Below are positions 49,157-53,286 of a stretch of 53,286 nt of DNA, in pieces. Each line of letters starts with the position of its first letter. Positions within the stretch are counted from its first letter, which is position 1. Source of the DNA: Patescibacteria group bacterium (GTDB lineage: Bacteria; Patescibacteriota; Minisyncoccia; Phycocordibacterales; UBA918); assembly GCA_019752815.1 (NCBI GenBank), contig JAIELQ010000015.1:1-53286 (forward strand). The letters are read 5' to 3'. The notes under the pieces are model-generated. The model ran no database searches and was not told the origin of the DNA. It saw only the letters and a program-made list of their open reading frames with translations. The translations under genes were made by a program, and so were the position numbers.

Positions 49157-49421
49157 ACATGTTCATAAGTAATTACTTCGAATATATACTGCTCCAACCA
49201 TCTGTACCTTCTAGCTATAAACTTCAACTACCGAAATCGACTGTCCACGAGAAAGTGAAATGCGCCCTTGGTATACATACATTGACGAATTACCGCCACT
49301 TAGCTTTGAACCATAGCCATTTGCACCTTGAGAAAAAGTTTCCATATATGTTAGGTAAAGTTACGTTGTCTGATAAATCAATGTTGTACAAACATCATCG
49401 TTCTACACTTTGAGACTTTTG

Positions 49422-49676
49422 TTAGCTGGCACCACGGAGCATTTGCACTGCCCAAATAGCAATGACGGACCCTACTATCGCTACGGCAAAACTATAAAAG
49501 TTAAAACCTGTAACGGGAGCAGCACCAAAGAAACTGAATACCAATCCCCCAATTATTGCTCCGATAATACCGATAACAATATTGAGGAATACGCCTTGTG
49601 AAGCGTCAGTTCCCATAATCATTGATCCAGTCCAACCTGCGAGTCCTCCCAGTATAATCCATGAAATTATTCCCAT
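49422..49676 (-). CDS. GlsB/YeaQ/YmgE (transglycosylase-associated) membrane protein
   Basis: MGIISWIILGGLAGW, NIVIGIIGAIIGG; start moved to MGII. Confidence 0.92.
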   Translation of the reverse strand: MGIISWIILGGLAGWTGSMIMGTDASQGVFLNIVIGIIGAIIGGLVFSFFGAAPVTGFNFYSFAVAIVGSVIAIWAVQMLRGAS

Positions 49677-50139
49677 ATGATTTTTATTACAATTTAATAA
49701 AAGAACTAATAATTTTTGTACTTGGCAGCGCGCGACGACAAAACTGATTTCACTGCAGCAGCGAACCCCGCTACTATTTATATAATAAGAATTATAAAAT
49801 AATTTGTCAAAAGATAATAACAAATATTTTTGTACGTACCCTTCCTAACTTTTTATATGTGGTGCTATACAAGCGTCTACGAGGAGATTTGACATGACCA
49901 CAAAATTGTCTATTAACATTTTTGTTATTAATTCTTTACAAAAGTAATTTCAGATGATATCTTTAATGAGGAGAGTCTAGTTCGTTATCTCCAGTTTCTA
50001 TTAAAGAGGGGGACAAAAAATGGGCGCTTAAGCACCACACATGCCGATACCTAGTTTGATGACTTTCCTACTTTGAAAATACCTTGCGGTCCCGTTGGGA
50101 CAGACCGAGGTTGTAGGGGTTAGCAGTCTATGTATTGGG

Positions 50140-50166
50140 AAAGGGCGCGAGATTCTCGCGCCCTTT
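50140..50166. terminator. Bidirectional terminator
   Basis: AAAGGGCGCGAG/CTCGCGCCCTTT. Confidence 0.75.
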
Positions 50167-50180
50167 TGTCTTTTTAGTAG

Positions 50181-50915
50181 TTAGGAGAGGGTTTTCCAGA
50201 CTGTGTCGTACATCAGCCGCATCGTTTTAGCAATATCAGCATTTGTTATACTCACACCCACAATTTGATCCTTAGTAGAAGCAAATGAAACGGTATCGTT
50301 ATAAATATACATATCTGCTCCAAACGGATATTCTTCTTCTTTAACTCGACGAATTTGCTGTGGTGGAACTGAGGGGATATCGTCACCACTCTTTTTGTAC
50401 AATAACCGAGATTCAATTTTTTTACTTGCTCGTTTGTTACTAAAAGCCATCATTTCATCCTCGGAGAAAATTTTTGCCATACTATCAAAAGAAAAAGCCG
50501 CCAGCATACTTTTTGCTCCTGAATCCAAAATGCTGTTGCGCATTGAAACCAACCCTGCTTTACCCTCAAATACGCGAACAACTGGCCTGTCAATGGAACT
50601 ACCAAAAATCTTAAGTAATTCCGGTACTAGTTGACTGACTTCTGCTTCTTGAATAACGATCTGTTGTTTTCGCTGTTCTAAAATACGAGAAAGGTTGTTG
50701 GGCGATTCGGCGGCAAAAAAAGTTTTTTTACCTCGTTTAAAGGTTGAGACCAGACCATATTCAGACAAAGACTTAATTTGCACGTAGGTGGTTGAACGAT
50801 TGAGTTTTGATGATTTCGCTAGTTGGTCGGCAGTCGCTTCGCCACCTTGCAAGAGAGTGAGGTACACTTCGGCTTCTTTTTGTGTGAGTCCAAATTCAAC
50901 GAGTTTTTTAGTCAT
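50181..50915 (-). CDS. TrmB-family HTH transcriptional regulator
   Basis: L..FGL..KEA.VYL.LL, HTH, GLV....G....F.A..P..L, EG..G. Confidence 0.88.
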   Translation of the reverse strand: MTKKLVEFGLTQKEAEVYLTLLQGGEATADQLAKSSKLNRSTTYVQIKSLSEYGLVSTFKRGKKTFFAAESPNNLSRILEQRKQQIVIQEAEVSQLVPELLKIFGSSIDRPVVRVFEGKAGLVSMRNSILDSGAKSMLAAFSFDSMAKIFSEDEMMAFSNKRASKKIESRLLYKKSGDDIPSVPPQQIRRVKEEEYPFGADMYIYNDTVSFASTKDQIVGVSITNADIAKTMRLMYDTVWKTLS

Positions 50916-51054
50916 AGAGAAAAATTATATCGTTATAGTACCACGACATTGTGCAATTTCAAGGAATATTCACGTCCACATAACTTATGGTGAGCATGCC
51001 AAAATAATTACCGAGCACTTGCACTTTGTGGCCATTCAATGAAAACGTAAGTAT

Positions 51055-51088
51055 AAAAAAGCCGCATGACCAAAAATAGTCATGCGGC
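51055..51088 (-). terminator. Intrinsic terminator after PurA-like gene
   Basis: GCCGCATGAC/GTCATGCGGC with T6 on minus strand. Confidence 0.75.
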
Positions 51089-51112
51089 ACAGTCATCACA
51101 AAGAACTGAAGT

Positions 51113-52519
51113 TCACGCCACCATATGGAGGCGTTTGGTACTCCGTTTGTCGGCAGCAGTCTTGCCGTACGAAGTAATTGTTACCGGAAGGTCAAGCATC
51201 ATGCCAACAAACTCGGCATATGCCTCGCCCGTGTGCGACACCGATTGGTAGACCGGAGTAGCTTTGGTGACAATTTCCCCGAGAAGTTCCTGGTAGGTGA
51301 GATCCTCGAGGTCGGTTTTTGGCTTGAATGATTTGATGAAGACAAAGCCCGGTTCACGGACAGTCTCATCAAGCACCACAGCCAACCGAGCCCGGAGCGA
51401 GAGCTCTCCCTCCCCCAAGCGATAGTGGGTCACGACTTTTTTCTCTGGTAGCGTCGCCCACCGATCGAGGTGCGTGAGCACCACCGCGTCAGTGCCTGCT
51501 GAGACCGTCAGTGCGTACCGGGTTAGTGGCAGATCGAGCCAGCCAACCCGGAATTCACGTTGCCAAACTCCGAAGTGATTGTGGGAATCAGGCAAAGCAG
51601 TCGTGAGCGCCGAGCTTTCGCTCGGGAACGGTCCCGGACCATGCCGGGTACTGTACGCCCGGACGACACCGTACCGGGTAACGGACCCCTGGTACATCAG
51701 TTCACGCAGGAGCGTGTTGGCATTGTCATTGGTAGTCGTGCTCCAGGTGGTGTAGGGATGGAAACCATGCCACTCGTCAATCAAGATACCCTGTGCCCCT
51801 TCGAAAATGAGGGGAGACGTCGCCGATAGGCGTCGCAAGGTAGCCATGGTTCCCAGGGTGCACGAACGCATCAAGGTCACCATCGTTTGGGCAATCAGAC
51901 GCGGCATCGCCGGATCAGTAATCACGCGCAGTTCGTCACGAAGCAAGTTGTTGTGTGACAGAACTGCAAAGTAAGGAGCGAACTCAGCGTACTTCAGAGC
52001 CTGCTGCTTGTGTAGTTTCTGCGTCAAGACAGCAACGTCACGCAGGTCAACCGCATACACAGCCTGCTCCGGAAATGCAAGCATGTCAGCCATTGTTTCA
52101 CCGATGCCCATGCCCACACTTCCGTGGCGACCATCTCCACGCAATGCTTCGCGCAGGCGGTTGGCGGCCTTCTGAAACGGCGTAACGGTGAGAGCTGCCT
52201 CATCGACCGTCACCAGTGACAGAGGACTCCCAACCCCGAGTCGCATCAGACCTTCGGCTTCACGCATCAAAGCGTAAGGATCGAAGAGTACGAAGCGTGA
52301 GAGGTAGGTGCGGGTTCCCGGAACCAGCGTGCCACTGCCGAATTGAGAAAACGTGTGGTGACGACCATCGGTTGTGTGCACATTGTGCGCCGCTTGGGCC
52401 CCGCCGTTGAAGCGAACCACAGTGGCACCATTGATCTGCCGTGCCAAGAAGTCGACCGTGGTCCCCTTCCCCGCATCACCAAACCCCAGGTCAGTTACGA
52501 TTGAAGCGAACATGTTCAT
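51113..52519 (-). CDS. Divergent adenylosuccinate-synthetase-like protein
   Basis: GDAGKG, RFNGGAQAAH, FEGAQG, TRHG.GPFP, GWLD present; canonical TTGRxRR loop absent; AAGGAG SD. Confidence 0.88.
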   Translation of the reverse strand: MNMFASIVTDLGFGDAGKGTTVDFLARQINGATVVRFNGGAQAAHNVHTTDGRHHTFSQFGSGTLVPGTRTYLSRFVLFDPYALMREAEGLMRLGVGSPLSLVTVDEAALTVTPFQKAANRLREALRGDGRHGSVGMGIGETMADMLAFPEQAVYAVDLRDVAVLTQKLHKQQALKYAEFAPYFAVLSHNNLLRDELRVITDPAMPRLIAQTMVTLMRSCTLGTMATLRRLSATSPLIFEGAQGILIDEWHGFHPYTTWSTTTNDNANTLLRELMYQGSVTRYGVVRAYSTRHGPGPFPSESSALTTALPDSHNHFGVWQREFRVGWLDLPLTRYALTVSAGTDAVVLTHLDRWATLPEKKVVTHYRLGEGELSLRARLAVVLDETVREPGFVFIKSFKPKTDLEDLTYQELLGEIVTKATPVYQSVSHTGEAYAEFVGMMLDLPVTITSYGKTAADKRSTKRLHMVA

Positions 52520-52547
52520 ACTCCTTGGTAGATGGTTGAATTAAGAA

Positions 52548-52578
52548 AACGGCGGCATCACTTCGTGATGCCGCCGTT
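52548..52578 (-). terminator. Terminator-like hairpin between vWA-like and PurA-like genes
   Basis: AACGGCGGCATCAC/GTGATGCCGCCGTT followed by TTCTT on minus strand. Confidence 0.65.
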
Positions 52579-52602
52579 ATGAGTATGTGCCCGTGGGTCG
52601 AG

Positions 52603-53286
52603 TCAGACTCGAGACACCCCACCGGTACCGCCTGACCGTCGGGAAAGTTTCCCGCCAGACTGGCCAGCTTTCGGCACGATGGATGAACCACCGACCGGCA
52701 CCAGCGCGTTGCGAACCGTTGCAGCAGCGGACCCAGAGAGTCCGATATCAGCCACGACCCGGTCAGCGTCGTAGGCGTTTTCCATCATGTGCACGATGCC
52801 TGCGATGACTTCGCACACCAGACTGGAATCTTCGACCGAGATCAGGCGTTCACCGAGAAGCTTCCGCCACCGTTCATGGATGGCGGCGTCGTTCCGGTAG
52901 CTGCCATCCTCGGCAAAGAGGTGGAAGATTTCCCAGCGCTCGCTTGCACGAGCGATGAGACTTTCGACGGTCTCGTCTTCGGCACCCTTGATACCAAAGA
53001 TGGCCGAGACCTCAGCGGCCGACACCGTAGGCCAGGGAGCTTCGTCACCCATGGTGAAGAAGTAGCCCTTCTTGCCCCGGCGCTCGAAGGCGTCGGTCGC
53101 GGTGTGGTCAGCGGCAAAGCGGTACGCCAAGGCGTACGACTCCTTCGACTGACCGCCGCCACCACCTTCGAGGATGATGCTCCGCAAGTGTTCGTCGAAC
53201 GCGTTGCTCGATTCGAACTGACCAACCTGAAACGGGTACCGGTCAGTGTTCGCGTCGCCCACCGCACCAACGAGAACCTGCGGGTC
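52603..53286 (-). CDS. vWA-like protein, 3' part (start outside window)
   Basis: In-frame to window edge: DPQVLVGAVGDA..DRYPFQVGQFES, EGGGGGQ..ESY.LA, KKGYFFT.GDE. Confidence 0.7.
   Translation of the reverse strand, partial: DPQVLVGAVGDANTDRYPFQVGQFESSNAFDEHLRSIILEGGGGGQSKESYALAYRFAADHTATDAFERRGKKGYFFTMGDEAPWPTVSAAEVSAIFGIKGAEDETVESLIARASERWEIFHLFAEDGSYRNDAAIHERWRKLLGERLISVEDSSLVCEVIAGIVHMMENAYDADRVVADIGLSGSAAATVRNALVPVGGSSIVPKAGQSGGKLSRRSGGTGGVSRV

Noticed and set aside
51113-52519. PurZ / Z-genome biosynthesis
   Set aside because: The catalytic Asp is retained (GDAGKG rather than GSTGKG), and there are no phage or dATPase genes in the window.

Overview
53 kb of a reduced bacterial chromosome, inferred to be Patescibacteria/CPR (Parcubacteria-like). 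The inference rests on the gatA-gatC-ligA genes next to a complete type IV pilus cluster with no secretin in the window, tRNA introns, tRNA-Ile(UAU), SD-less core genes and DUF5667 anti-sigma and TrmB-like regulators. Genetic code is standard (ATGA stop/start overlaps). Core genes: prfB (partial), photolyase, gatAC, ligA, T4P cluster, comF, recQ, malic enzyme, recG, an ABC/adaptor transporter, ftsH, smpB and ssrA. Seven tRNAs were read by hand: Thr(GGU) and fMet(CAU), each with an ORF-less group I intron; Asp(GUC); Met(CAU); Ser(GCU); and two rare anticodons, Ser(ACU) and Ile(UAU). The most striking unexplained structure is a conserved trailer downstream of five tRNA genes. It consists of a terminator-like hairpin, an INVERTED copy of that tRNA's own 3' end always split at position 64/65 by a 25-27 nt hairpin, further hairpins, and a DIRECT copy of the 3' end starting in the T-loop. 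Each trailer is matched in sequence to its own tRNA. Other candidates: a start-codon-less 17-nt complement of the 16S rRNA 3' end inside a structured, terminated region; an HTH + LAGLIDADG-like ORF abutting tRNA-Ile; and a GC-richer vWA + divergent PurA-like module whose aspartate-binding loop is replaced. All structure and family calls are by eye; no database searches were run.
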